Source: Minisyncoccota bacterium (GTDB lineage Bacteria > Patescibacteriota > Minisyncoccia > Phycocordibacterales > UBA1006). From it: a DNA stretch of 64,000 bases. Positions 11,045 to 21,031 of the stretch are shown in pieces. The DNA lies in contig JAQVEZ010000003.1 of the NCBI GenBank assembly GCA_028697455.1, forward strand, positions 42,972-106,971. Reading direction: 5' to 3'. Under the pieces are notes generated by a model that was given only the letters and a program-made list of their open reading frames with translations, did no database searches and was not told the DNA's origin. Both the position numbers and the translations under genes were made by a program. Every line of letters begins with the position of its first letter. The stretch's first letter is position 1.

Positions 11045-11063
11045 TCTTCTTTTTTATTTCGGT

Positions 11064-11090
11064 AAACCAAAAAACACCTCTCGGTGTTTT
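11064..11090. terminator. Bidirectional hairpin AAAAAACACC-TCTC-GGTGTTTT (repeat family)
   Basis: Identical 27 bp at 56579-56605; near-identical at 12463-12490. Confidence 0.75.
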
Positions 11091-11108
11091 TGTATCTTAT
11101 AAACAAAT

Positions 11109-11270
11109 TTAATTCTCTTGTCCCTGCATTGCAGAAAGGAGTTGTTGATAGAGTCCCAAAAGTTCAGTATAGATATTTACCAAAGGATTGTTATTTATAA
11201 ATCCGTTTTGTGGTCTACAGAAAGTCGTTACTCCCGCTGAACAAAATCGGGTTCCGAAAATGCTTGAGGA
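11109..11270 (-). repeat. Conserved 3' module, copy 1 (162 bp)
   Basis: Aligns to 56623-56784 and 37368-37532; differences mostly at third codon positions. Confidence 0.9.
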
Positions 11271-12428
11271 TTTTGAAGAAGTTGATGACTCTTCAGAGTT
11301 TTTAAAAATAAAGATAGATTGATTATAATAACTACCATTTGCATCCCCGAGAATGACAAACTGTCCATCTGCATAAATAATTTGGGAGGCGTTCATATAA
11401 TCACTTGTACCAAGAGTGGGGATAAGGTACTCCCACACTTCCCCTCCAAAGGAATAAGTGAGGACTTCGTTCCATTCACTGTCCTGCATATAACCAACCC
11501 CGATATAAAGACCGTCTCCATAGGTAATTGATCGTGGGGCAAAAGAAGCATCTCCTGAAACCATTTTTGCTATCCAGTCTGTCCCGTTTTTTGAAGTAAA
11601 AATTTGGTGATCACCTCCAATGATAAACTCCCCATTAAGATACTCCATTTGCCCTCTAAGATGACCTTCTAATCCCTCAATAGTATTAAACCCTGTTGTT
11701 TCATCAGGAATAAACCAATGGGCCCCTCCATCTTGAGAGAGAAGAGGTTCAAAAATAATCGGAGACATCATATCTTCCCGAGTCGAAAGAAGCGATATCA
11801 AAAGAACATCTCCATTTTGGTCATATCCTGCAGCAAGGTGCGAGGATACACCAAGAGGATTATCTTCTACCTCTCCTTTACTCCAGTGCACTCCATCATT
11901 TGAATAAATAATATAGGGTTCTTCTGTTCCTATCATCATATTTCTTTCAATCCCAACCGCCACAAATAATCCTCTGTCGTTAGAAGTATCATACACATAA
12001 GAAACCTTACTTAATTCTCCGTAAGTTTTTGTTATTTCTGGTAATGAGGTTTCAGAGGTATTTTGATCATAAGAATTCCAATTCTCCCCATCACTCGAGG
12101 TATAAACAAGAGGAAGATCATTTGAACGTTTTCCAACAGCAACAAACTTACCATCCCCATAACTAACCCATGACAGATTACCTATTATACCTGTACTTTC
12201 CCAGTTAACAGCATCAGAGGAATAAGCTATCTGACCTCCTCCAACGAGGACATACATTTCATCTCCATAAGCAATAGATGAAAAGGATGATGGCCAAGAA
12301 TCATCAGGAAAAATCAAAGATTCACTCCACTCAACAGGTTGAGCAGAAGCTGTGTGTGGATTAATAAAACTTGTAAAACCTACTATAACAAATAATGATA
12401 GTAGTGACATAAAGGTGTATTTTTTCAT
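11109..12428 (-). CDS. Secreted Asp-box/BNR beta-propeller protein with conserved C-terminal module (family member 1)
   Basis: Signal peptide ...TASA/Q; repeats YGDGxFVAVG and SxDGxxW; C-term SSIFGTRFCSAGVTTFCRPQNGF...IYTELLGLYQQLLSAMQGQEN. Confidence 0.85.
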   Translation of the reverse strand: MKKYTFMSLLSLFVIVGFTSFINPHTASAQPVEWSESLIFPDDSWPSSFSSIAYGDEMYVLVGGGQIAYSSDAVNWESTGIIGNLSWVSYGDGKFVAVGKRSNDLPLVYTSSDGENWNSYDQNTSETSLPEITKTYGELSKVSYVYDTSNDRGLFVAVGIERNMMIGTEEPYIIYSNDGVHWSKGEVEDNPLGVSSHLAAGYDQNGDVLLISLLSTREDMMSPIIFEPLLSQDGGAHWFIPDETTGFNTIEGLEGHLRGQMEYLNGEFIIGGDHQIFTSKNGTDWIAKMVSGDASFAPRSITYGDGLYIGVGYMQDSEWNEVLTYSFGGEVWEYLIPTLGTSDYMNASQIIYADGQFVILGDANGSYYNQSIFIFKNSEESSTSSKSSSIFGTRFCSAGVTTFCRPQNGFINNNPLVNIYTELLGLYQQLLSAMQGQEN

Positions 12429-12435
12429 ACTCTTC

Positions 12436-12490
12436 TAGTATACCAACCTTAGCTTTGAATGCAAAACAAAAAACACCTCTCGGTGTCTTT
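12436..12490 (-). promoter_or_regulatory. Terminator plus promoter block shared with 45540-45595
   Basis: tagtataccaaccttagctttgaatgcaaaacaaaaaacacctctcggtgtcttt versus tagtatagcaaccttagctttaaattaaaaaccaaaaaacacctcccagtgtcttt; contains TATACT -10 on minus strand. Confidence 0.7.
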
Positions 12491-12890
12491 ATCGTTTTGA
12501 CCACGCTGGTCGCTTTCGTGCCTTGCGGAGTCCTGGTTTCTTTCGCTCTTTACTTCGAGGATCTCGCTTGAGATATCCTGCTGATTTGAGGCTTGGGCGA
12601 AGCTCTTCGTTATATTTGGTAAGTGCTCGTGCAATACCATGGCGAATAGCATCTGCTTGTGCAGCGATTCCTCCTCCACGAACAATAATGCTTACCATAA
12701 AGTCATCTTTGGTCTCGACAGCGGTGAATGATGCTCGCACTACTTTTTGATGCTCTTCGATAGGAAAATACTCTTCAAGAGTTTTCTCGTTGATGATGTA
12801 GGTCATCTTGCTATCAGGAGTAATACGGACCTGGGCAATTGCATTTTTTCTTCTTCCTATTGCAGGAATATATTGTGTTGATTTAGCCAT
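12489..12890 (-). CDS. rpsI: 30S ribosomal protein S9
   Basis: GRRKNAIA, GGGIAAQA, RDPRSKERKKPG...WSKR. Confidence 0.97.
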   Translation of the reverse strand: MAKSTQYIPAIGRRKNAIAQVRITPDSKMTYIINEKTLEEYFPIEEHQKVVRASFTAVETKDDFMVSIIVRGGGIAAQADAIRHGIARALTKYNEELRPSLKSAGYLKRDPRSKERKKPGLRKARKRPAWSKR

Positions 12891-12891
12891 A

Positions 12892-13254
12892 TTATTCTTT
12901 GATCGTGATGTTCTTCATCATAACTGCTCGTAATTTGTTATTAGGAAGCATTCCATAGATTGCTCTTTCAAAAATCTCCTTATATCCCAATCGTTCAATA
13001 AGTTTTTCTCGTGATTCAAATTTCAAACCTCCTGGATATCCAGAATATCGTTTGTATTCTTTTTCGAGTTGAGAATCATTGAGGAGTACCTTTGAGGCAT
13101 TCTCAATAACGACGTGAACCTCAGGTGCTTTATAAGGAACAAAACTTGGGTTGTTCTTTCCTCGTAAAATCATAGCAATTTCAGTTGCAAGTCTCCCGAG
13201 TTTTTTTCCTTCTGCGTCAATGATATATTCACTTTTTGTTTGATCTGTTGTCAT
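12892..13254 (-). CDS. rplM: 50S ribosomal protein L13 (short form)
   Basis: IDAEGKKLGRLA, YSGYPGGLK, GMLP; start at MTTDQ. Confidence 0.95.
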   Translation of the reverse strand: MTTDQTKSEYIIDAEGKKLGRLATEIAMILRGKNNPSFVPYKAPEVHVVIENASKVLLNDSQLEKEYKRYSGYPGGLKFESREKLIERLGYKEIFERAIYGMLPNNKLRAVMMKNITIKE

Positions 13255-13270
13255 ATCAAAATTTAAAAGG

Positions 13271-13624
13271 TTATACAAACTCAATAAGTGCCATAGGGCT
13301 CGCATCTCCCTTTCGATGAGGGAGCTTTACAATACGAAGATATCCTCCTTCCCGATTTTCATATCGTGGTGCAAGAGTGTCAACAAGCTTATTTGCAAGG
13401 TCTTCTTGGTTTCCAAGTCGTGCTCGAATAGTACGCCGAGAAGCAAGATCATTCTTTTTTGCTTGAGTAAGCAATTTTTCCGCAAAAGGACGTAGTTCTT
13501 TTGCACGCGCTTCTGTTGTGATAATATGCTCATGCGTAATTAAAGCAACAGCAAGCGAACGAATAAATCCTGTTCGCACCTTTCTGGTTCTTCCGAATTT
13601 TCTGTTTTTTCTTCCGTGTCTCAT
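13271..13624 (-). CDS. rplQ: 50S ribosomal protein L17
   Basis: MRHGRK, TTEARAKE, GGYLRI, RKGDASPMA. Confidence 0.97.
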   Translation of the reverse strand: MRHGRKNRKFGRTRKVRTGFIRSLAVALITHEHIITTEARAKELRPFAEKLLTQAKKNDLASRRTIRARLGNQEDLANKLVDTLAPRYENREGGYLRIVKLPHRKGDASPMALIEFV

Positions 13625-13632
13625 ATGTGTTT

Positions 13633-14652
13633 CTATTTATCTTCTTTCAGCTTTAATTTAAAGGTAGAAAGGGTCTCTTCAACTTCTTCAAGGCTCTTTT
13701 GTCCAAAACCTGGAAGATCGAGAAGATCTTCAGCGCTCTTTTGAACAAGCCCTCCGAGTGTTCGAATACTTGCTTCACCAAGCGCTCGTTCAGTCCTTGA
13801 GGAGAAATCGAGAGTATCAATTCTTGTTTTGAGAAGTTCTACACGTTCTTCTGGATCAAAATTCTCAACTTCAGCGTCTCCTTCTGCATCTTCCTCATGG
13901 TTCGCATGAACACGAACGATGTTTTCCTCTGGCTTCTCTACTGGGTCAAGTTCTTCTTCGGTTTTCATGTCAAGAATGCTCTTGATTTGCTTAATAATTA
14001 TCTTAAGAGAATCCTCAAGGGCTTCTTTTGCGCTAATACTTCCATCTGTTTCTAGATTAATTCGAAGGAGATTGTAGTCGGTTCTATCTCCAACACGCAT
14101 ATGCTCCACTTCATAATTTACTTTGCGAATTGGGCTAAAAATAGCATCGACGAGAATTGTTCCAACGGGAGGTTTTTCCATAAGAAAGTCTTCTTTTGAA
14201 ACAAAACCGATTCCTTTTGCGAGAGTTATTTCAATGTCAAGATCTGTTTTTTTATCGGTTATCTCTGCAATATATTGATCAGGAGTGGTAACCTCAACAC
14301 CTCCTACCTTATCAAAAAGAGAAGCAGTTACAATCCCAGGCCCCTTAACAGAAAGCTTAAGGTTTGTTTCGGTTTCAGAAGCCATTGAAAATCGAACTTT
14401 TTTCAGGTTGAGGATAATGGTAAGAACATCTTCTTTGATTCCATCAAGTGTGGCAAATTCATGATCCGCTCCTTTGATACGAAGAGAAGTTATAGATACC
14501 CCAGGAAGTGACGAGAGAATAATTCGTCTCAAGGCATTTCCGAGAGTATGTCCATATCCTGGATACAACCCCTCTATTTCATAAATTCCTCTTGTAGGAG
14601 TTTCTTCAATCACATTAAGTTTTTTTGGTAAAACAATATTTTGGTGGAACAT
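13633..14652 (-). CDS. rpoA: RNA polymerase alpha subunit
   Basis: GYGHTLGNALRRIILSS, DAIFSP, RVGDRTDY, CTD. Confidence 0.97.
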   Translation of the reverse strand: MFHQNIVLPKKLNVIEETPTRGIYEIEGLYPGYGHTLGNALRRIILSSLPGVSITSLRIKGADHEFATLDGIKEDVLTIILNLKKVRFSMASETETNLKLSVKGPGIVTASLFDKVGGVEVTTPDQYIAEITDKKTDLDIEITLAKGIGFVSKEDFLMEKPPVGTILVDAIFSPIRKVNYEVEHMRVGDRTDYNLLRINLETDGSISAKEALEDSLKIIIKQIKSILDMKTEEELDPVEKPEENIVRVHANHEEDAEGDAEVENFDPEERVELLKTRIDTLDFSSRTERALGEASIRTLGGLVQKSAEDLLDLPGFGQKSLEEVEETLSTFKLKLKEDK

Positions 14653-14713
14653 ATATTATTAGTATTAATTCAAAATAATAAAAAGTTGGGACTCCTTTGT
14701 AACCTCTTAATAA

Positions 14714-15313
14714 CTAGCGACTATAGAACTCAATAACTGCTTGAAAATTAAAGAATGGTTCTGGATTTTTTGGTTCCCCCGTTACAGAAATTGATACTTT
14801 CTTTGCATCAACATCAATCCAAGCTGGTTTTTTAACTGACTCAAGTCTTTGTGATAAATCAAGAAAGACAGTCTTGTTTTTACTTCCCTCTCGAACAGTG
14901 ATAACATCTCCTTTTTTAAGAAGATGAGATGGAACATCTATTTTCTTTCCATTGAGGGTAATATGCCCGTGAGAAACAAGTTGTCGTGCAAAAGCTCGTG
15001 TGTTTGCAAAACCTGCTCTAAAAACAACGTTATCAAGACGGGATTCAATCTGTCTAAAAAGTTCGTCCGCTGGGTTTGCTGTTGTCATAGCCTTCGCAAC
15101 ATAACGACGAAACTGTTTTTCAGAAACTCCGTAGGCAAAACGAACTTGCTGTTTTTGAATAAGAGATACTCCATAATCAGTAGGACGTTTTGGTCGAGCA
15201 TTTCGAGCTTTTGACCGTTTTTGCTCAGAAAGAAGAAACTTTTGTGTTTGAGTTTTTTCATAAACCCCAGCACCCAATCTCCGTGCAATCTTATATTTTT
15301 TTATCTTTGCCAT
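14714..15313 (-). CDS. rpsD: 30S ribosomal protein S4
   Basis: ESRLDNVVFR, ARQLVSHGH, IEFYSR. Confidence 0.97.
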   Translation of the reverse strand: MAKIKKYKIARRLGAGVYEKTQTQKFLLSEQKRSKARNARPKRPTDYGVSLIQKQQVRFAYGVSEKQFRRYVAKAMTTANPADELFRQIESRLDNVVFRAGFANTRAFARQLVSHGHITLNGKKIDVPSHLLKKGDVITVREGSKNKTVFLDLSQRLESVKKPAWIDVDAKKVSISVTGEPKNPEPFFNFQAVIEFYSR

Positions 15314-15334
15314 AAATAATGATAGTTATAAAGA

Positions 15335-15769
15335 TTATACCCGTCGTGCCTTTGGGGCTCGTGGGCCATTAAATGGGATAGGAGTTTTATCTTGGATCCG
15401 AGTAATCTCAATCCCTTGTGAGACAAAACCTCTTACAACAGATTCTCGACCAGAACCAACACCTTTAATAACAACATCAACTTCTTTAACACCCATAAGT
15501 CCAGCCTTTTCTCCCAAGATTTCTCCTACTTTTGCTGCTGCAAAAGGGGTTCCTTTTTTAGCTCCCTTGAAACCAAGAGCTCCTGAAGAAGAGAACATGA
15601 GAGCATTTCCATCAAGGTCGGTAACCGTTGCTTTTGTGTTGTTGTATGTTGATTGAATGTGCAAAATAGCTTTTGCAACTTTCTTTTTAGGGATACGTGA
15701 TAATGCCCTTGATTTTAAATTCTTATCAAGAGTCTTCCCTTTTTGTTTAACAATTCTTTTCTTTCCCAT
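15335..15769 (-). CDS. rpsK: 30S ribosomal protein S11
   Basis: STYNNT, KKGTPFAA, GVGSGRES. Confidence 0.97.
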   Translation of the reverse strand: MGKKRIVKQKGKTLDKNLKSRALSRIPKKKVAKAILHIQSTYNNTKATVTDLDGNALMFSSSGALGFKGAKKGTPFAAAKVGEILGEKAGLMGVKEVDVVIKGVGSGRESVVRGFVSQGIEITRIQDKTPIPFNGPRAPKARRV

Positions 15770-15774
15770 ATAAA

Positions 15775-16140
15775 TTATTTCTTACCTGAACCCATAGTAA
15801 CTCGTTTGTTTCCTCGTCGTGTTCGGCTGTTGGTTTTTGTTCTTTGCCCACGAGCGGGAAGATGGCGACTGTGTCTTCCTCCTCGATAAGAGTCAATGTC
15901 CATAAGTCTTTTAATATTTTGACTTACTGAACGTTTAAGATCCCCTTCAAGAGTAAGTGCTTCCACAACATCTCGAAGCTTTTTTTCTTCACTCTCTGAA
16001 AGATCTTTTGTTTTTTTAACAGGATCAACCCCTGCTTCTTTACAAAGAGCTTGGGCTCGAGAAAGACCAATCCCATGTAAAACAGTCATAGAATATTGTA
16101 TTTGTTTTCCGTCAGGAAGTGTTATTCCAAAAATTCTCAT
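15775..16140 (-). CDS. rpsM: 30S ribosomal protein S13
   Basis: GIGLSRA, YRGGRH, LPARGQRTKTNSRT. Confidence 0.97.
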   Translation of the reverse strand: MRIFGITLPDGKQIQYSMTVLHGIGLSRAQALCKEAGVDPVKKTKDLSESEEKKLRDVVEALTLEGDLKRSVSQNIKRLMDIDSYRGGRHSRHLPARGQRTKTNSRTRRGNKRVTMGSGKK

Positions 16141-16178
16141 AATATCTTTATATTTTTAACATCCACAAAAACACCGAA

Positions 16179-16292
16179 CTATTGTCGAGCTTTATTTTTA
16201 GGATTCTTCTTATTAATTAAATAGAGACGACCTTTTCTGCGTACGATTTTATCATCAGTACTTCTTTTTTTGATTGAGGATTTAACTTTCAT
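16179..16292 (-). CDS. rpmJ: 50S ribosomal protein L36, Cys-free form
   Basis: Hand-translated [37 protein letters not shown] between infA and rpsM. Confidence 0.92.
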   Translation of the reverse strand: MKVKSSIKKRSTDDKIVRRKGRLYLINKKNPKNKARQ

Positions 16293-16340
16293 AAAATAAA
16301 TACGTAAAATATCAATAATGCCAAATAAAAAAACCGGTAA

Positions 16341-16553
16341 CTAGAGTCTTCTGATGATACGACCTTTCCCTCCATAAGGGTCAAGGAGTACTTCGACCTT
16401 GTCTCCGACAAGGATTCTAATCCGGTATAATTTCATTTTTCCAGAAAGATATGCTGTATGTAAAGCTTCTTCTCCTTCAAACTGAACTCGGAACATCGTA
16501 TTAGGAAGATTTTCCACGACTACCCCAGTTTTAACTTGTTCTTGGTTACTCAT
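16341..16553 (-). CDS. infA: Translation initiation factor IF-1
   Basis: [34 protein letters not shown]. Confidence 0.96.
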   Translation of the reverse strand: MSNQEQVKTGVVVENLPNTMFRVQFEGEEALHTAYLSGKMKLYRIRILVGDKVEVLLDPYGGKGRIIRRL

Positions 16554-16594
16554 TACGATACGAAACATACTAACAAAAAACGGAAAATAGTCAA

Positions 16595-17899
16595 CTATTC
16601 TTGGTGGTTTTTGACTTCGAGCCTTATCTTATCTCTGTCGGTAGGGATTTTTTTTCTCCAGAAAGGGCGGATTTTAATCGTGAATGCTCCTACCCTCTCG
16701 TTTTCAACGAGAATTTTATACAGTTCATCAATCTTTTTCCCTTGTGAAATTTCGGTAAAAAGATCTTCCTCAATAAAACGCTGTACCTTGGGTTCAGTAG
16801 AGACTTTTATAGAATAAGAAGCCTTATAATCGCCCATATGAATAGGCTCTGAAGAATTTGCAAGCGAAAGTGTCGGTTGCGTAACAAAATAAATCTTAAT
16901 ATTGTCTTTTTCTGGGTAATCAAATTTATTTTTAATAAGGTACTCTTTGAGATTATTTTCACCAACAGCAAGTCCTGAAATCCTCCCTGACAATGAGAGG
17001 AGTGCCTGTCCTTCTTCTTGAGAAAAGCGAATACTTGGTTCTTCTGTTTCAAGCAAAAAACTCTTATCAACAAGATAAACTTTTTCGGTCTTTTCTTTCA
17101 GCAAACTACTTTTTAAATACTCTCCAAGTTCTCTATAAAGATCCTCTGTAAGGAGTTCTTTTTTCTCTTCGCTCAGATAAGGCTCTTGTTGAATTCTTCC
17201 TCCTTCCATTCGCTTTGAAGAAATCCCATAAATGTTTTTATATTTTTCATCAATACCAAGCTCTCGGAAAAAAGGAATGGAAAAATCAGTACTATCAATA
17301 TTGTACTCTTCTCCCCCTCGTTCAGCCTGAACAAGAACTTCAATTCTCCCTGATTCACCCCCTTTCTTCCCTGGAAGAATAACATCTTCTTTTGTCAAAA
17401 AAATTTTTCCACCTGTAGATTCAAGTCGTGTCCCCTCAATAAGTTTCTGAGGTTCTTCGCTATAATCATTAAAAAGAGTAATTGAACCTTCCGCTCGATA
17501 CTCAACCTCGCGGCTCTCAGAGACAGCAACCTCTTTACTCACCTCACCCGAAAGTGAAATGTAGTCAAAAGGGAGTCTGTCGACTTTATTATGAGGAGCG
17601 GCCCTCGCCGGAACAACTTCATCAAAAACAAAAAGATCATTTTGCGGAAAAAGAATAATCTTTGCAGAATAATCATACAAGTGGAGAGCAATAAATAAAA
17701 AAATAAAAACAAAAACTACTCGTAAAACAAAACCACGGAAAGAACTTCTTTTCCTCTTGGTTTTCTTTTCTGTCTGTAAAAACGAAATTTCTGTATGAGG
17801 AGGTACTGAAAAAGAATCCTTTTGGGATGGGAGAATGATCTCTTCAATCTCTTTCTTTTTTCGGACACCATCAATTTTTTTCTTAGGAGAAGGTGTCAT
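16595..17899 (-). CDS. Single-TM hypothetical protein, baseplate-J-like CPR type
   Basis: TM near residues 58-76; [33 protein letters not shown] motifs; overlaps upstream FtsA-like gene. Confidence 0.6.
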   Translation of the reverse strand: MTPSPKKKIDGVRKKKEIEEIILPSQKDSFSVPPHTEISFLQTEKKTKRKRSSFRGFVLRVVFVFIFLFIALHLYDYSAKIILFPQNDLFVFDEVVPARAAPHNKVDRLPFDYISLSGEVSKEVAVSESREVEYRAEGSITLFNDYSEEPQKLIEGTRLESTGGKIFLTKEDVILPGKKGGESGRIEVLVQAERGGEEYNIDSTDFSIPFFRELGIDEKYKNIYGISSKRMEGGRIQQEPYLSEEKKELLTEDLYRELGEYLKSSLLKEKTEKVYLVDKSFLLETEEPSIRFSQEEGQALLSLSGRISGLAVGENNLKEYLIKNKFDYPEKDNIKIYFVTQPTLSLANSSEPIHMGDYKASYSIKVSTEPKVQRFIEEDLFTEISQGKKIDELYKILVENERVGAFTIKIRPFWRKKIPTDRDKIRLEVKNHQE

Positions 17900-19079
17900 A
17901 GTCTGATTGAGAAAAAAGATCTTTTTGTTCTGAAATGTAATGAGCCAAGAGTTTCATTTCGATATCTTCTATCTCATTAAAAACATAAGGGAGAGCGTTT
18001 TCAAAAGAAATTAATTCAATTCTCCCGTTGGTAAGAAGGTGTTCTCCAAGCTCGTCATGAGAAAGGATCATTCTTTCAAACCACAAAGAAAGGGTGTCGT
18101 GTGTTTTAAGAACCAAGGTGTTAGGCAAAAGACCTTTTTTACTAAATTCATCGAGAGCATTATAAAAAGGTTTTAACCATGAGTGAAAAGCTTTTTCTGA
18201 ATCTTCCTCAAGAAGCTCTGCATAACTATCAGTAAAAGCTCTCTCGGTAAAAAGCTCAAGCGTATTTCGTGCTTCAAGCATTGAAAGTCCCATTCGAGAG
18301 GATAAATCCCTCAAAATAGTATGAACCCCAGAAGGAAAAACCCCGAAGTTACGGAGGTGATCGTTTTCAATAATAAGAATTTCAGTAAGCTCTGTTCCAA
18401 TGTCAAAAATTAAAGCATTATCGTTGTGAGGAAGGAGTGTTTTTACTCCATAATAAAAAACATAAGGATTAGAGAGAAAAATAGGGTCTCGGTGAAAATG
18501 TTTTTGAATAATCCCCTCAAAACTTTTCTTTGTTTTTCGAGACATCACAGAAACCAAAGAATGCACCTCAAATGTTCTCGCTATTGTCCCCAGAGGTTCT
18601 TTTACAGGATATCCATTAATATAATAATCCAGAACTTTTCGATCAATGAGCTCAACGTCATACTGATGATAGTTGAGATTTTTCTTTAAAGAAGTTTTGA
18701 GATCTTTTTGTTCTAGTTTTGCGAGAAGGTTTTCGTCAACAGTAAAAGCGTCTCCTTTTTTAGGTTGGTATTGGGTTATTCTTTTTTGGGAAGAAATCCA
18801 AGGGCTTCCTACGTTACAAAAAATACCCGAAATAGGAACGAGTGCGTGTAAATAAATTTCAGTAGCAAGAGCATCAAAAGTTTTTTGAGCTTTTTTCCAA
18901 AAGCGTTGATAATCGTATTGAGCTCCGTCAGAAATATCTTTTCGTAATGAGATAAACGAACGAACAAAATCAACCTCTCCTTTTTTGGTAAAGGAATACT
19001 CCAAAACGGACCCTCCAACACTTCCGCTGTCGATATCAAAAACAACAATATATTTTTTTTGAGGATTTTCCTTGTTCAT
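17883..19079 (-). CDS. Divergent FtsA/actin-like fold protein
   Basis: VFDIDSGSV and IFDIGTELTEI phosphate-loop-like motifs, INGYPV. Confidence 0.65.
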   Translation of the reverse strand: MNKENPQKKYIVVFDIDSGSVGGSVLEYSFTKKGEVDFVRSFISLRKDISDGAQYDYQRFWKKAQKTFDALATEIYLHALVPISGIFCNVGSPWISSQKRITQYQPKKGDAFTVDENLLAKLEQKDLKTSLKKNLNYHQYDVELIDRKVLDYYINGYPVKEPLGTIARTFEVHSLVSVMSRKTKKSFEGIIQKHFHRDPIFLSNPYVFYYGVKTLLPHNDNALIFDIGTELTEILIIENDHLRNFGVFPSGVHTILRDLSSRMGLSMLEARNTLELFTERAFTDSYAELLEEDSEKAFHSWLKPFYNALDEFSKKGLLPNTLVLKTHDTLSLWFERMILSHDELGEHLLTNGRIELISFENALPYVFNEIEDIEMKLLAHYISEQKDLFSQSDYDTFS

Positions 19080-19151
19080 ATCTTTGCTCTCACAGTATAG
19101 CACAAAAGAAGAAACGCTTTCAAACAAACAAAAACAAGCATTATGTGCTTG

Positions 19152-20966
19152 TTATTGCTGTAGCTCCATGCGCACACGGCGAACACCAGCTGAGGAGGCT
19201 TCTTCTTTTACTATGCGCATCTTCCCAAATGAGGCTATTTCAGAAAGCTTTTCAACATGAGGACCACCACACAACTCTCGAGAATAAATGATACCGTTCT
19301 GATCTTTCATTGTATAAACCTGAACATCATCTGGGTACTTCTCCCAAAAAGAACCGACAACACTTGGGTCATTTTGAGCATCGGCTTTTTTCATGTGGTC
19401 GATACTTACGGTAGCATTACTTTCAATAGCTTCTTGAACATAGTGCTCTACCTGATCAAGGATTTCTCGGCTAACTTTTTCTGGGTGTGTAAAGTCAAAA
19501 CGCGAACGCTCTTCGGTGATATTTGACCCTTTTTGATGAACACTCTCCCCCAAAAATTTTCGTAACCCTGCAAGCATAAGATGCGTTGCTGAATGGAGGG
19601 CTCTAATTTTAGGAGTGTCTTTTTCAAGTCCTCCTTTAAATTTTTTTTCAGCTCCCATACGAGAGATATCTTGATGAGCTTTTTTTTCTTTTTCATAAAC
19701 AAGAAGAGCGGCATCATCAATAATGAGCTCAAACTCTTTTGCAATTCTTTTTGTTATCGAAAGAGGAAGCCCATGGGTCTGCTCAAGATTAACAAGAAAA
19801 GATCCTTCAAGATGAGACCCTCCATCTTCTTTGAATTTCTTGAGAAGATTTTTTCCTTTTTCTACAAGTTTTTCTACCTTAAGCATCTCCCCCTCAAAAG
19901 AAGAAATAATATTATTCAAAAGCTCTTGTGAGAGATCCTTAAAATAAAGATCCTTGTACATATCTTTGACCAAAAGGACAAGCTCCTTTATTTCTTTGTG
20001 AGAGAATCCTATCTCCTTTGCAGAAAAATAAATTCTCCTCAAGATCCTTCTTAATACATACCCTCTTCCTGTATTTGAAATAAAAACCCCCTCTGAAGCT
20101 AAAAAAGTTGCTGATTTAATATGATCAGAAATAATACGAGCGTGGCGTTCGTTATAATGAAGAGCGTGCTCTTTCAAATAATTCATAAAAGGAAGATAGA
20201 GATCCGTTTCAAAAATATTTGAAACGCCCTGCATCACAGCACTAACTCGTTCAAGTCCTGAGCCGGTATCAACATTTTTTTGTGGAAGATTCCCTTTAAT
20301 ATGTCCGTCTTCCAATTGGAAAGTCATGAAGACGTCGTTCCAGATTTCAACAAGTTTCTGGTCTTCATCAGCTTGTTCAAAAGCCTCTGGACTCAAATCA
20401 CCAAGATTCCCGGTGAGGTCATAAAACATTTCGGTTGAAGGCCCTGCTGGAGAGTTTGGCCCTGCTGTCCACCAATTATCTTTTGAGTCTCGAAAATAAA
20501 TTCTCTTTTCTGGAATAAACTTTTTCCAAATTTCAACAGATTCAAGATCCCGAGGAACCTCTTCGTTTCCAGAGAATACGGTAATGTACAACCTTGCAGG
20601 ATCAAGTCCGAGCCCTTCGTCACTATCAGTAAGAAACTGGTATGACCAAGCGATAGCGTCTTCCTTAAAATAATCCCCCAAAGACCAGTTTCCCAACATC
20701 TCAAAAAAAGTTGCATGAGTATTGTCTCCTACCTCATCAAGGTCATTAGTACGAAGACACTTTTGAGAGCTTGCGAGTCTTTTTCCAAGTGGATGATCTT
20801 CTCCAAGGAGATACGGAATAAGTGGCTGCATTCCCGCAGTATTAAAAAGTGTTGCGTTCGTTGCGTGAGGGGCTTCTTCGGTAATCAAAGATGCTGAATC
20901 AATAACAACATGATTTCGTTTTTCAAAAAATGTTAAAAATCTTTTACGGATTTCATTGGACTTCAT
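19152..20966 (-). CDS. alaS: Alanine--tRNA ligase, short form lacking C-Ala domain
   Basis: LFNTAGMQP, FFEMLGNWS, VDTGSGLER, HSATHL, ELCGGPHV, GVRR. Confidence 0.95.
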   Translation of the reverse strand: MKSNEIRKRFLTFFEKRNHVVIDSASLITEEAPHATNATLFNTAGMQPLIPYLLGEDHPLGKRLASSQKCLRTNDLDEVGDNTHATFFEMLGNWSLGDYFKEDAIAWSYQFLTDSDEGLGLDPARLYITVFSGNEEVPRDLESVEIWKKFIPEKRIYFRDSKDNWWTAGPNSPAGPSTEMFYDLTGNLGDLSPEAFEQADEDQKLVEIWNDVFMTFQLEDGHIKGNLPQKNVDTGSGLERVSAVMQGVSNIFETDLYLPFMNYLKEHALHYNERHARIISDHIKSATFLASEGVFISNTGRGYVLRRILRRIYFSAKEIGFSHKEIKELVLLVKDMYKDLYFKDLSQELLNNIISSFEGEMLKVEKLVEKGKNLLKKFKEDGGSHLEGSFLVNLEQTHGLPLSITKRIAKEFELIIDDAALLVYEKEKKAHQDISRMGAEKKFKGGLEKDTPKIRALHSATHLMLAGLRKFLGESVHQKGSNITEERSRFDFTHPEKVSREILDQVEHYVQEAIESNATVSIDHMKKADAQNDPSVVGSFWEKYPDDVQVYTMKDQNGIIYSRELCGGPHVEKLSEIASFGKMRIVKEEASSAGVRRVRMELQQ

Positions 20967-21031
20967 ATCTTTGTAGTATAGATAATTGCTCAATTTGAGC
21001 AAGAATAAGTTTCTCCGAGAGGTTCTGCAAA

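Noticed and set aside
16595-17899. Prophage inferred from baseplate-like gene
   Set aside because: No other structural phage genes; has a TM helix and housekeeping neighbours
19152-20966. alaS as a truncated pseudogene
   Set aside because: Catalytic and editing motifs are intact with a clean stop; short AlaRS forms are known in reduced genomes
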